DNA of 64,000 nt from contig NC_043010.1 in the NCBI RefSeq assembly GCF_006345805.1, forward strand, positions 22,568,001 through 22,632,000. Reading direction: 5' to 3'. The position numbers and the translations under genes are program-made. Of the stretch, positions 1 to 14,092 are shown piece after piece; the first letter of the stretch is position 1, and the number at the start of each line of letters is the position of its first letter. The notes beneath the pieces were generated by a model that worked only from the letters and a program-made list of their open reading frames with translations, did not search any database and was not told the origin of the DNA. Origin of the DNA: Octopus sinensis. Its lineage: Eukaryota.

Positions 1-134
1 GAAAGCTTTCTGGGTTAATTTAGTAGACACAAACTTAAAGATTCCTTTCATATATATGTGTGTGTGTGTGTATGGGGGTGTGTGTGTTTGTATGAGCATG
101 CGTATATGTGTGCGCGTTTGAGTGTATTTGTGAT

Positions 135-322
135 TGTCCCTTAGAACCGCTTCACAACCGGTTTTGGCTTGATTACCACCGTATGATTTAGCGGTCGGCA
201 AAACTGACCAATAAAATAAATACCAGGTTTAAAAGTAAGTACGGGGTTCGATTTATTCGACTGAAACCTTTCATGTGGTACCCCAGCATGGCCGCAGTCT
301 AATGACTTAAACCAGTAAAAGG
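135..322 (+). mobile_element. SINE family A, degraded 3' half
   Basis: TTAGCGGTCGGCAAAA...CAGCATGGCCGCAGTCTAATGACT matches the 3' half of the full copies at 27983-28437 and 9868-10330. Confidence 0.75.
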
Positions 323-374
323 TAATAAGTACATGTATGCAGATGAAATTGGTTTTGAATTTGTTATATACCCT

Positions 375-782
375 CTTTTACTCTTTTACTCTTTTACTTG
401 TTTCAGTCATTTGACTTCGGCCATGCTGGAGCACTGCCTTTAGTCGAGCAAATCAACTCCAGGACTTATTATTTTAAAGCCTAGTACTTAATCTATCGGT
501 CTCTTTTGCAGAACCGCTAAGTTACGGGGACGAAAAACACCAGCATCGGTTGTCAAGCGACGTTGGGGGGGGGGGGCAAACACAGACGCATTTACACACA
601 TGCACACATGTATATACATATACATATATACGACGGGCTTCTTTCAGTTTCTGTTTACCAAATCCACTCACAAGGCTTTGGTCGGCCCGAGGCTATAGTA
701 GAAGACACTTGCCCAAGGTGCCACGCAGTGGGACTGAACCATGTGGTTGGTAAGCAAGCTATTTACCACACGCCACTCCTGT
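375..782 (-). mobile_element. tRNA-derived SINE family A, near full length
   Basis: Collinear with the copy at 27983-28437; tRNA-like head (GGAGTGGCGTGTGGTAA, GGTTCAGTCCC), internal CA/TA microsatellite, GAGTAAAA-type tail. Confidence 0.9.
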
Positions 783-1331
783 ACACACACATCCAATAGA
801 AATTTATGAACTGAAATGACATGCGCAGACGTTGTGGAAGTGATATCACAATCGGTGAATGTAGGATGCTAATTGACTCATCAGAAGGTGTCTTCCAACA
901 TGCACTGATTGGGCTGAATGCTGTTCGACGGGATTGTGAATTAGTTTTGCCGAGTCATTGGTCTCTCCCCCAAAAAGTCTTCTGACTTGCATGTCTGTGG
1001 AATTTCACTGAGATATGTTGATATGCTTAAGCATCGCAGGGTCGTATTCGCGAGTTAGGGGAAACCTTTCAGCCTTCCATCCTCCCAGTTTTCCAGCCTT
1101 TTGCTCAAAACAATTCCGTTATCTTTTATTTTTTTTATTTTTTGTTTTTTGCTATGATCAGTGATCCTGAATTCGGTGTGTTGTTCTTTTTCAAAACGGC
1201 AGCATATAGAATGAGGAATTTAGCAGTTATTTCTTGGAAGCAAAGAGTCCATTTCAGAGATTTCTTCATTTCGTTACCTCGGTTATAAGGGAACTATGGC
1301 TGTTGTTATTGCTGGGCCCCAGGTAAGCTCT

Positions 1332-1625
1332 AGTGGCTGTGTGTTTAAGAAACTCGTTTTCCAACCACGTCGTTTCTGGTTCAGTCCCACTGTGCCGCAC
1401 ATTCGGCAAGTGGGTTCTGCTCCAGCCCCGGGCCTACCATTTGTGAATTTGGCTTGGTGAAATTATATAATAACTCACACATAAATGTATCGTTGTGTTT
1501 GTGTTCCTTCTATCGCTTCGTAACCGGTGTTCCTTTGTTTACACCGTGAAACACCAATAGAGTAAGTACTAGGCTTTTGCAAAAAACAAAAACAAAGCAA
1601 AAGTGCCCAGTTAGATTTGTTCTAT
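1332..1625 (+). mobile_element. SINE family A, degraded
   Basis: GTGGCTGTGTGTTTAAGAAACT...GGTTCAGTCCCACTG...GGCAAGTG and AATAGAGTAAGTACTAGGC. Confidence 0.65.
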
Positions 1626-1629
1626 AAAC

Positions 1630-1800
1630 CAGTGGTCCTCAACCAGGGTCCATATGACCCATAGGGGACCGTATATGATTTGAGAGTGGGTCGGGAGACC
1701 TTGCTAGCGAAATAGTAACTTGGGGACCCATAGAAGCACATTAACGATCCATGAAAAAATGTTTTTAGCATTCAATGTATTTATTGCACGACACAGCTGG
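1630..1800. mobile_element. hAT (Charlie-like) MITE fragment
   Basis: Terminus CAGTGGTCCTCAACC is typical of hAT-Charlie TIRs; related to 52263-52489. Confidence 0.45.
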
Positions 1801-1849
1801 GTTTGTTTCTCTGTCTTATATAGTTCAAACTACACAAGTTAATGTGAGT

Positions 1850-1950
1850 GCGATGGACCTGCGTCCCGTCCAGGTGGGGAACTTATACGCCAATGAAACC
1901 AGGAAACCGGCCCTTATGAGCCAGGCATGGCTCGAGAAGGAACAAACAAC
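1850..1950 (+). mobile_element. SINE family C (V-domain-like) 3' fragment
   Basis: TGCGATGGACCTGCGTCCCGTCCAGGTGGGGAAC...GGCTCGAGAAGGAACAAAC; reverse complement of 26667-26765. Confidence 0.75.
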
Positions 1951-2014
1951 AACACACAAGTTAATGTGCGATGAACAAAACAGGAATTTTGAAAGATTTT
2001 TCTTTTATTTAATT

Positions 2015-2628
<614 letters not shown>

Positions 2629-3439
2629 ATGTATGTGTGTATGTATGTATGTATGTATGAATGTATGTATGTCTACAAATTTTTTAGTTTTTAAACATGG
2701 GATGGCGAAAAGACTTCCGCAGACTAAAATAGAGAGCCACCGGACAAAACACTTCACTGTGGTTCCCCAGCATGGCCGCAGTCCAATGACTGAAACAAGT
2801 GAAAGACAAAGGATGATTTGTTAGGAGACGGAATTTAGCTGCTATTTCTAGCCCACTGAGCGACCACATTACTAACCGCCCACTCGCCAGGCTAGTTGCT
2901 ACTAATACGGCGAGATTTTTGTCAATACTACAGATTTCTGCTGGATCTGAAATCTTATAAATATAACCAACACAGCAATATTGTATCGTAAAAGACAATA
3001 TAGATTATTTTTAGAGGAGTTGTTTAGTTTTAACTGCCGTAACCTTCCATGTCTGTTTGGAACAGGTTAATCAGTATGTTTTCTTCCCAAGTAACACCCA
3101 GCGTTTTCTATTAGAATTTCATTTTTACACTGTTGCGTATGTATGAATGTATGTATGCATGTGTGAGTGTGTTTGTGTGTGGATGGATGGATGGATGGAT
3201 GGATGGACGGACTTATCTTTTGTCCATGTTGTCGAGAAATAATTCCCTAGATGTAAAAATGCATCTACTCATACAGACAGCATCTGTAAGCAAATGGGAA
3301 GCTTGAAAAGGGATTCTGCGCAAATCGCAGCATCGCCCACAAGACCAGGCTTAGAGTTTACAACATAAACAGTGCACCTTAAGCAGCGCCAGCGGCTGGC
3401 AAAGTAAAACACCCAGCACAGAAGCCCTTGCAAAAGCAT

Positions 3440-3640
3440 TCAGTGACTCATCGTATCTACTCGGATATGTTGGGCAGGCCATTGTTGTTTGCATGGAAAA
3501 TAATAGGGTTCCAAAACAGCTGTTCCACGGTGAACTGTGCACTGAAAAGCGTGCTCAGTACAAATCATGAAAAGGGTTCAAAGACTGAATAAAATGTAAC
3601 CTAAAGAACTGCAAATCAGTGTAAAAAAAAAACTGGAAAG
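3440..3640 (+). pseudogene. RTE-clade LINE ORF C-terminal fragment
   Basis: Frameshifted translation WAGH..VCMENNRVPKQLFHGELCTEKR...GFKD resembles the RTE/BovB motif WxGHVxRM-xxRLPKQLxxGEL. Confidence 0.7.
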
Positions 3641-3671
3641 AACTAATTAGGTTTCAGTGTTGAGTGGAAGT

Positions 3672-3688
3672 TCTACTACTACTACTAC

Positions 3689-3743
<55 letters not shown>

Positions 3744-3788
3744 GGTGGTAGTATAGTAGTAGTAGTAGTGGTGGTGGTGGTGGTAGTA

Positions 3789-3825
<37 letters not shown>

Positions 3826-3891
3826 GGTGGTCGTCGTCGTCGTCGTCGTCGTCGTAGTAGTAGTAGTAGTAGTGGTGGTGGTGGTGGTGTA

Positions 3892-3930
<39 letters not shown>

Positions 3931-3971
3931 GTAGTAGTGGTGGTGGTGGTGGTGGTAGTATAGTAGTAGTG

Positions 3972-4003
<32 letters not shown>

Positions 4004-4028
4004 GGTGGTCGTCGTCGTCGTCGTCGTC

Positions 4029-4060
<32 letters not shown>

Positions 4061-4076
4061 GGTGGTGGTGGTGGTG

Positions 4077-4130
<54 letters not shown>

Positions 4131-4148
4131 ATAGTAGTAGTAGTAGTC
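3672..4148. repeat. Compound GTA/GTG/GTC triplet microsatellite with an internal block duplication
   Basis: Directly visible; the (GTG)n(GTC)n(GTA)n block occurs twice. Confidence 0.95.
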
Positions 4149-4386
4149 AGTGTTACCTATGCATGCTATGGGAAGCTACAGCGACAGCTATCGTCAGCCA
4201 TCATTATCAGGTGGTGAGTTGAGTTTTAACATGAGAAAATGGCTGCTATTAACAACACAACACCTCACTTCCTAACCAACCCCCAAACACTCACACTCAC
4301 CTCTCACTTACACCTCCGTAAACATGCGTGTCTATTATAGATGTGTGTATGTGAGTGCGTATGTGTATGTATTTTGCATACATGTA

Positions 4387-4537
4387 GGTGTTTATGTCCC
4401 CGTCACTTAGCGGTTCGGCAAAAAGAGACCGATAGAATAAGTACTGGGCTTACAAAGAATAAGTCCCGGGGTCGATCTGCTCGACTAAAGGCGGTGCTCC
4501 AGCATGGCCGCAGTCAAATGAATGAAACAAGTAAAAA
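4387..4537 (+). mobile_element. SINE family A 3' half
   Basis: TTAGCGGTTCGGCAAAAGAGACCGATAGAATAAGTACT...CAGCATGGCCGCAGTCAAATGA. Confidence 0.85.
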
Positions 4538-4649
4538 AGAAAAATATATATATATACACAAAGAGAGAGAGAGAGATAAATAAATAGATAGATACATGTT
4601 TCTGTATGTGTACATATATATATATATACATATATATAAATAAATATTA

Positions 4650-4680
<31 letters not shown>

Positions 4681-4886
4681 CGTGTGTGTGTGTATGTGTG
4701 TGTGTGTGTGTGTGTATGCCTTTATATATATAGAAGACCCTGACACAAAGGCATACGCACACACACACACATACACACAAACACTCTGAACATGCACACA
4801 TACAAAAACACGCACACACGCATACACGCAGGCACACAGGGGCATACACATATACATACACACATATATATATATACATGCAGTGA

Positions 4887-5005
4887 TTCTTTGAGTTTCC
4901 ACCTACCAAATCCACTCTCAAGGCACCGTTCGGCGTAAGGCTATTGTAGATGACAGACCAGGTGCCACGTAACGGGACTGAACCCGGAACTATGTGGTTG
5001 GGAAA
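4887..5005 (-). mobile_element. SINE family A 5' half
   Basis: CTACCAAATCCACT...GGGACTGAACCCGGAACTATGTGGTTGG. Confidence 0.8.
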
Positions 5006-5284
5006 TACTTACACGAATACATATTCGTGTTTATGTATGTATTTATGTATGTCTATGTATATATATATATATAAATAAATCAATAGAATTTTAACCAGTT
5101 GGACACATTAGTATAATTTTTCTCAAATACTTTAACACCGAACAAGAAGATATATATATAGAGAGAGATCTTTTAACAGTATATCTACAGATTTCCTTCA
5201 GAAATTAGAGCAGCACCGACGTATACGAATTCGACTAATGCAAAAAACAAAAAAATGCGACCGAAAATAGAAAGGTACGTAATT

Positions 5285-5329
5285 GGTGTATGTGCACATA
5301 TCAGGAGTTGTTGTACCTTCTTCGGCGCC
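5285..5329 (-). ncRNA. Degenerate type I hammerhead-like motif (CCGAAGA core)
   Basis: Minus strand GGCG-CCGAAGA-AGG..CCU-GAUA-UGUGCACA-UA-CACC: helix II AGG/CCU, palindromic helix III, GAAA mutated to GAUA. Confidence 0.45.
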
Positions 5330-5679
5330 ACAACCAATCCATTAACCATGCACGGACACATTGCTCAATTAACCACCAAATATAGAGGTGTAACCTTGTT
5401 AGATATACCAATTTTTACATAATAAACGCATGGGTGTATATGCATATTTCAGATGTTAGGGATAGCTTTAAAAAGTTATTTAATAGCACTGTTAACATAG
5501 GTGAATCACTATATTGGTTTATTAGTCGTTAATAAACTTGGTAGTATATTGTGGTTGCATAACTAAGTAGGGTGTCCTTACCAGTAATTAATATATATTT
5601 GAGTAATGAGGGACAGCAGTTCCTGGTGCTGCGTTATAAAACGAATCTTGATTCCAGCCGCTGGAAGACGCATTAGTAG

Positions 5680-5765
<86 letters not shown>

Positions 5766-6564
5766 ACACACACACATACACACACATCACACTATGTATT
5801 TTAGTGTCGCAACTTATATTCTGACAGCGGGAAACCGGAAGCTATTTTTCATTACTTTACTAAACACCCTAAACATTTATCGTTGCTCGATGATATTTTT
5901 GCGACGATCATTTTTAACTTTTGTCAGATTTGTGTGACAGCTCTCTGTTATGTAATCAACTATTATATACATTAATATACATACATACTTACACACACAA
6001 TATATATGTATGTATATACATACTGACGCGCACATGCACGCACACGCTCATACACATAGACACACACATATAGAGGTAACAGGGTGTAGTTCCTTTCTGC
6101 AGCAGGCGTTTGATACATCATTAATTAATATTCTTTTTATTTTACTACGTTGCAACGAAAGCACTGATATGCAAATCAGATTAATCGATCTAACGGCATC
6201 ATAGTATGTATCTATGAATAATCAAAGCTTTATGGGTAGAATGAGATCTTAGTAGAATGAGCTCGCATGAATGTTCCAATGAGATTCGAAACCAAGGGTA
6301 TTCACTGTCACACACCCAGATAATACCTTTTAATGTCTTTCAAGGTGGTATGGTTGTTCGGTGTACGATTTCTTCGATGAAGCAGGATCTCTTGAGAAAA
6401 CACTGGAATGAATTTTAACGGTTACAGATTGGTTGGTAGATCTGCGACTGTGAGTCAGTTATACTACTGGTAGTGTTGCTTAATCTGGAAAGCTTTGTGG
6501 TCCAAACATGAATATATAACTTTAAAGATGTGTGAGGTGAAGAGCTCATGTTTTTGTCGGTTAC

Positions 6565-6741
6565 TCTTTTACTCTTATATTTGTTTCAGTCATTTGACTG
6601 TGGCCATGATGGAGCACCGCCTTTTGTCGATCGAGCAAATCGACCTTGGGACTTATTCTTTGTAAGCCTAGTACTTATTCTATCGGTCTCTTTGGCGAAC
6701 CATTAAGTTACGGGGAAATAAACACACCAGCATCGGTTGTC
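6565..6741 (-). mobile_element. SINE family A 3' half
   Basis: TGTTTCAGTCATTTGACTGTGGCCATG...CACCAGCATCGGTTGTC. Confidence 0.85.
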
Positions 6742-6896
6742 CTGAATCTCCCCGAGAACTACGTTAAGGTTACACGTGCCTGTGGAGTGCTCAGCCACTT
6801 GTACATTAATTTCACGAACAGGGTGTTCCGTTGATCGGATCAAGTGAACCCTCGCCGTCGTAACCAACGGAGTGCCACGCGATATAGGCTATCTAA

Positions 6897-7127
6897 GGCG
6901 GCGAGCTGGCAGAAACGTTAGCACGCTGGGCGAAATGCGTAGCCGTATTTCGTCTGCCGTTACGTTCTGAGTTCAAATTCCGCCGAGGTCGACTTTGTCT
7001 TTCATTATTTCGGGGTCGATTAAATAAGTACCAGTTACGCACTGGGGTCGATATAATCGACTTAATCCGTTTGTCTGTCCTTGTCTGTCCTCTCTATGTT
7101 TAGCCCCTTGTGGGTAGTAAAGAAATA
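6897..7127 (+). mobile_element. tRNA-derived SINE family B (Meta-domain-like), full length
   Basis: GGCGGCGAGCTGGCAGAAACGTTAG head, B-box GAGTTCAAATTCC, central GACTTTG..TTTCAT..TTCGGGGTCGAT..TAAGTACCAG resembling the MetaSINE domain; many copies in the window. Confidence 0.85.
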
Positions 7128-8037
7128 TATCTACATATGCTAACTTTTCACCGAAGATGTTCCTAGTTACCATGTTATTAAAATGTCTATTGAGCATATC
7201 CTTACAACCACAAGGTCCGTTGTAGTTGTAATTTTTAAGGATCTAAGTGTTTTTTCAGTCGACAGTTTGTCAGGGTAATATGGTTTAATGTTATGCCTAG
7301 GAATTACCTATTGTTAATTTAGTGCTCATAGTTGAATTAATGCTTAGATATTCATAAGAGTCCCATTACCAACAGCATCCAATGTATTGTTATTCATGTT
7401 GTAAGGGAATGCTAACCCGCAATTCCGGCTCAGTACAAAGCTCTGTGGAATAGCGTGCATTCAGAGAGTTCCAAAGATAATTCTTTCCGATCTGCTGTTT
7501 TAGCACCAACATAACTCTGCAGGGAACGTCGAATAAAAGTCGCCCTACTTTTTGACTCGTGGTATAACCGTGACTTCCTAATTATGTCCTTGTCAACGAG
7601 AAAGAAAATTCTAGGTCTAAATAACAATAACGAAAAATATGGAAACTTTCGAATTGTGAGAATTTGCAAATTTCCTTATTTTAAATGAAGCATATAATAA
7701 CGGCGGCATTCTAAAACTATGGCTTTAATCACGTGGTGCTACTAATCTCGAGCTTGATAGCATCAAGTATATACTAGTTAATTCTCCTTAATTCGGTTTT
7801 GGAGTGGTTAATTCATCTACGTTAGAGTTGGAGAAGAAATAGGAAATTGGTCACGTGATCTAAGCACTTGGTGAAGAGATGCACAGGTTGTTCGATTTTA
7901 AATGTACACTCTAATTCATATACCACGTGCTCTTCACTCTGCGCCATCAACACATACATTTATGCGTATAAATAACATACACACATATAGACATTCATAT
8001 ATATGTATATATATATAAATATATATATATATATGTA

Positions 8038-8096
<59 letters not shown>

Positions 8097-8404
8097 ATAT
8101 ATATATATATATGCATATATGTGTATATAGGTACACACATATACACAGACATATATATATATGTATGTATGTATGTATGTAAGTATGTGTATGTATGTGT
8201 GAGTGTTCGTACATACGCATATGTCTATATTTATATATATATATACATACATATATATATGTGTGTGTGTGTTTGTGTATACATATATATATATATATAT
8301 ATATATATGAGTTAGCATGAAGAACATTTCTCTTATACGTATTAGCTATGAGAGAACTATTCTTGATTCTAACCCACCCTTCACTCATATATACACATGC
8401 ACAT

Positions 8405-8540
8405 GCATGGTGGCCTAGTGATTTGGGTGTTAATTGTAAAGTCGCAGGTTCGATTCCCAGACAAGGCGACACAGTGTGTGCTCGAGCACACACTTCACAT
8501 CACGTCCATCTGGCCTACTCAACTGAAAACAAGTAGCAGA
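8405..8540 (+). mobile_element. SINE family C tRNA-like head, degraded
   Basis: TGGCCTAGTG A-box and GGTTCGATTCCC B-box. Confidence 0.6.
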
Positions 8541-8616
8541 GCCGTTTATGTGTTTATGGAAAGAAGTTGTGCGCGTGTGTGAAATAAGCACACACACACA
8601 CTCACATATGATGTAA

Positions 8617-8697
<81 letters not shown>

Positions 8698-8856
8698 TGT
8701 GTGTGGTGTATTATATATATATATATTACTTTCTGTCCTGAGCGCTATTACTAATACATTTGTTGTTTGTACTTCCACGTGCCTTCGTCTTTTGTTTATT
8801 TTCGTAAACTTTCCCTTTATATATATATGTGGGTAGTAAAAATACTACATATATAT

Positions 8857-8887
<31 letters not shown>

Positions 8888-8892
8888 GTATT

Positions 8893-9068
8893 TTTTTACT
8901 ACCCACAAGGAGCTAAACACAGAGGGGACAAACAAGGACAGACAAACGGATTAAGTCGATTACATCGACCCCAGTGCGTAACTGGTACTTAATTTATCGA
9001 CCCCGAAATGATGAAAGGCAAAGTCGACCGCGGCGGAATTTGAACCCAGAACGTAACGCATTTCGCCG
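8893..9068 (-). mobile_element. SINE family B, 5'-truncated
   Basis: Reverse complement of about 6950-7120. Confidence 0.85.
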
Positions 9069-9751
9069 TGTATATATCTATATAAATATATATACATAAG
9101 TATGTATATATATATATATATATACTTCATGTATGTCCGCACACATACGTATGTAGGCATATATAAACATATATACTTCAACTTCAATTCATGTACACAT
9201 TTATATTTACGCATACAATCATACCTACCTACATATATAAATACATACATACATACATACATACATACACAGGAGAGGACTCAATGTTCTTATATATAGT
9301 ACAAACAGCTTTGACCCACATACAAACATTATATACATGCTTTTATATATGCACCTACGTAACTACAAGCATAAACACATGTATACATACAAAACGTATA
9401 TACACACGGACAAACAGATTCGCACACACACACACACACACACACAATACTGCGAAGGCACTAATGCGCACATGCGTAACGCGAGCTTCAACAGACAGGC
9501 ACATTGTTGTATAGTGAGACGTTCATCTTACTAACAAACAGACACACCTACAACCACACACATGCACATGCGCACACGCATGCACATCCAATACGAACAG
9601 GCACTCGCACACATTCAAACATGCATGCATTCGTGGATGCAAATATGCATATAATAATTGCTCGCATACAGATTTCTGTGTGTGTGTGTATAGGAATGAG
9701 TGCGCAATATATATACATATTATACATACATACATATATATATATATATAG

Positions 9752-9800
<49 letters not shown>

Positions 9801-9826
9801 TATATATATATATCCTATATATATAT

Positions 9827-9862
<36 letters not shown>

Positions 9863-9867
9863 ATATA

Positions 9868-10330
9868 GGCATGGCCGTGTGATAAGAAGATTCCTTCCCA
9901 CCACATCGTTCCGGGTTCAGTCCCACTGCGTGGGACCATGGGCAAGTGTCTTCTACTATAACCTCGAGCCAACCAAAGCCTTGTGAGTGGATTTGGTAAA
10001 AGGAAACTGAAAGAAGCCCATCGTATATATATATATATATATATATATACAAACCAGCTTAGAGAAGAAGAAGAAACCAAACGAAACCAAACGAATCGAA
10101 TCGAATACATACAGATGTATGTATGTATGTATTTGTGTGTCTATGTTTGTCCTCCCACCATTGCTTGACAACCGATGTTGGTGTTTACATCTCCGTAACT
10201 TAGCGGTTCAGCAGAAACGGCCGATAGAATAAGTACTTGGCTTACAAAGAGTAAGTACTGGAGGTCAAATTGTTTGACTAAAAGGCGGTGCTCCAGCATG
10301 ACCGCAGTCAAATGACTGAAGTAAATAAAA
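9868..10330 (+). mobile_element. SINE family A, full length
   Basis: GGCATGGCCGTGTGATAAGAAG...CCGGGTTCAGTCCCACTGCG...CAGCATGACCGCAGTCAAATGACTGAA. Confidence 0.9.
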
Positions 10331-10974
10331 AATATAAGAATATATATGTGCATATATGTGTGTATATATATGTGCATATATATAAAAGAATGTTATGTGT
10401 GTGTGTATGCACATGTCTGCGTTCGTGTGTAAATGTGCATGCTTAAATATATGCATGTATATACACACACACGTGCATACGTACTCGCATACCTATATAC
10501 ATACACAAGTATTTACAAGACACGCGATCTCACTATGTCGATGTACATATACGCATACGCACACACATACACATGTGCTCACCTGTACGCAACACAGGCA
10601 AACGTGCACACACACACACACATATAAGTGCACATACACGCATACATATCGTACAGACACGAGTGGATACACACACATACATGCATACCCCCTTCAATCA
10701 TACATGCATACATATATATATACATACATACACATACATATGCATACAAACGCACATATACACACACATCTAGAACAAGCAATCTGGCTTAGTCTGTTGT
10801 TTGGTCGAAAACTCCGCCCACTGAGGCCGAAAGAGCAAGAGAAAGTGAAAGAGTGAGAGAGAGAGAGAGAGCGAGAGAGAGAGAAAGAGAATGAGAGAGA
10901 TGAAGAGAAGTTGGGAGTTAGAGTGACAGGATGAGGGTAAGAGTTAGGGTGAGAAAGAGAGATAGAGAGTAATT

Positions 10975-11033
10975 AGCGATAGATGGAAAGAATGAGAAAG
11001 TGTGGAGTGACAGATAGAGAGTGGCGTAGAGGG

Positions 11034-11091
<58 letters not shown>

Positions 11092-11268
11092 ACAGACAGA
11101 CAGACAGACAGACAGACATATAGATAGATAGATAGAGAGATAGATAGAGAGAGAGAGATACCAGACAGACAGACAGACAGACAGACAGATAGATAGATAG
11201 GGAGAAAGGGAGAGAGAGAAAGTGAGATAGATAGATGGATAGACAGACAGATAGATAGAGAGAGAGAG

Positions 11269-11331
<63 letters not shown>

Positions 11332-11385
11332 CAGACAGACACACAGACAGGCAGACAGAGAGAAAGGTAGACTGGTAGATAGATA
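10975..11385. repeat. (TAGA)n/(CAGA)n/(GA)n compound microsatellite
   Basis: Directly visible. Confidence 0.95.
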
Positions 11386-11549
11386 TTAGTTAAAAAAGAG
11401 AAGGGTGATTAGGAGTGAGGTACGAAGCAGGTGGGAGTGAGAAGATATGAAATAAGAGCCGAGTAACGTTTGATTGACAGGTGGATGTTATCAGAAATGT
11501 TGACGTGGTAGAGCAATGAGGCAAGTGAGAACCTGAGTCGCGGGGGGGG

Positions 11550-12848
11550 GGGGTTACAGTGTGTGTGTTTGAGACAGTGTGTCTACGTGTAACAGTATCT
11601 GTGTGTATATGAACAGGGGTGAAAGTGTGTGAGGGAGAAAGATAGAATGTGTGTGTGTGTGTGTGTATGTGTGACTGTGCGTAACAGTCACTGTGTGTGG
11701 ATAGTGTTGAAGATATGTGTGTCTGATAGGTAAAGAGAGAGAGAGGTGTATGTGTGTGTTACAGCGTGTGTGTGTGTGTGTACATGTGTGTGCATGAGAT
11801 AGTGTGTCTGCCTGTAACAGTATCTGTGTGATTGTGTGTGTGTGTGACTGTGTGTAACAGTCTCCGTAAGTGGGTAGGGCTGAAGATGTGTGTGTCTGAG
11901 AGGTAAAGAGAAAGAGAGAGGGAGTGTATGTGTGTGTGTGTGCATGTGTGTGAGTGTGAATGTGTGTGTGTGTGTGTAGGTTCTGTAACAGAGTGTAATA
12001 GTATGTGTGTGCATAAGGGGTGTTGATGTGTGTATTTGTGTAACAATATGTGTTTGTGTGTTTGTGTATCAGAGAAAAAGGGAAAGAGTGTGTGTGTGAG
12101 TGTGTGTGTGTAAGGGTGTTTGAGAGTGAAAGAGAGAGCGTGTAACAGTGTGTGTGTGTATGTGTAAGGGTGTGTTTGTGTGTGTAACAGTGTCTGTGTA
12201 TGTGCGTGTGTGTATATTTTTAACACTATGTAATAGTATATGTGTGTAAATGTGTGTATTTGTGTAACAAAGTGTGCGTATTTTTGTGTATCAGAGAGAG
12301 TGAGAGAAAGAGAGAAGAGAGAGAGAGAAAGGAAGAAAGAAGGAAAAAGAAAAAGAAAGAAAGAAAGAAGGAAAGAAAGGAAAATGATATTGTGTGTGTG
12401 TGTGTGTGTGTGTGTGTTGTGTGGTAGAGGGTGGGGTGGTTGTGCAACAGTATGAGAATGCATATGTGTAGAAGTGTGTCTGTGTAAGTATTAGTCAGGC
12501 TATGTAACAATGTGTGTGTGCGCGCACGCGAGGGATTGTGTATACATATTTACGCAATAATGTATGTTTGTGCTTGTATGTAATAACGATGTGTGTGTGC
12601 GTGTGTGTGTGTGTGCAATAGTGCTTGTCTTTGTGAAACTATTGTGTGTACAGTTGTGACACTGAATGTAAGTGTATGTGTATGTGTGTGTGCGTGTGCG
12701 TGTCACAGTGTGGATGTGTACATTGAGAGGTGTAGGTGTCTGTGTGTCACACATATATGTGACAATGTACGCGTAACAAGTGAAAGTGTAACAATGAAAT
12801 GGTGTGTGAGTGAGTGTGTGTGTGTGTTTTGTGTGTGTGTGTGTGTGT

Positions 12849-12927
<79 letters not shown>

Positions 12928-13200
12928 TGTTAAAGTGTAATTAACTGACTGAATATGTACATGTGTGGAACCTTGTCGTGTGTGTGTTTGTGTGTTTCTA
13001 TGCAACAGTGTGTATGAGTCAGCGTGCATTTGTGTGTTTTCCTGTGCATCATTGAGTTCGTGTGTATATGTGTGTGCGTGTGCACAGTGTTATGTATGAA
13101 TGTGTTCAGCATTTAGGGTCGCTCTGCGTTTGTGCATTAATGTGTGTGTGTGTGTGCCAACGTGTGTGTGTGTGCGTGTGTATGCTTGAGTGTGTGTGTG
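11550..13200. repeat. Degenerate (GT)n region punctuated by TGTAACA(G/A) motifs
   Basis: More than a dozen GTAACA/GTTACA/GCAACA motifs, plus internal block duplications. Confidence 0.7.
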
Positions 13201-14092
13201 AGTCAGTGTACTTGCATGTATGCATGGACGGGTAGAAGAGGGTCTGTATATGTGGGTCCATAAATATGCATGTGTATATATGAATATGTATGTATGCGTG
13301 TGTATGCATGTGTGTGTACATATATATCTATACATTCGTCTACGTATATGTGTTTTATGTATATGTAAGCAGGAATTTATGTATATATGTATGCATGTGT
13401 GCATATATGCATGTATCTCTCTCTCTCTCTCTCTAGAGAGAGAGAGAGATGAATATACATATATATATGTATGTATGTGTGGCTGTATGTGTGTGTATAT
13501 GTATATACGTGCATGTATATGTATACACGCATATAAACGCATATATGTATGTATATATGCATGTATGTGTATATGTATACAGTTTAGTATGTATACATAT
13601 TACATTTATTTATATGTATTGAAATATTTGTAAATGTATGTACATATATGTGTGTGTGTGTAAGTATATGTGTATACGCACGTATATATGTATGCATGGG
13701 TGTGTGTATGTATGGTACTCATGCATATAAGTATGTAAGTATGTATGTATACATTCTGGTGTCATTGGACTAGTTTTACGAGTATATAGTTGTGTATATG
13801 TGTTGCTCATTCTTCGTGTGTGTGTTCGTGTTTGTGTGTGTGTGTCAGTATGTGTATGCATGCAACAGTGTTTCTATGTGTGCGCGACACATGCGTGCAC
13901 GGATGTGCGTGTGTGCGTGTGTGTGTGTGTGTATGAGACAGAGGTCGCGCGTGTGTGTACACGTGCGTGCGTGTCTATGTGTGTGTAGGAGGCTGCGTGT
14001 GTAGAAGTGTCAGTCTGTTTGCGTGTATGTGTGTGTGTGCGTGTGTCTCTATGGATATGCAGAGGTTAGCAAGAACACACCTGTGCACGTAA

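Noticed and set aside
870-900. CTGATGAG on the minus strand (HHR box)
   Set aside because: No downstream helix II closure plus GAAA, and no helix I.
1288-1330. Splice donor CAG|GTAAGC
   Set aside because: Lies in what looks like a degraded dispersed repeat (similar to about 59590-59640) next to a SINE; no exon support.
6250-7700. Possible very old retroelement ORF interrupted by SINEs
   Set aside because: Only vague peptide similarity to PLE proteins; cannot be supported without a translated homology search.
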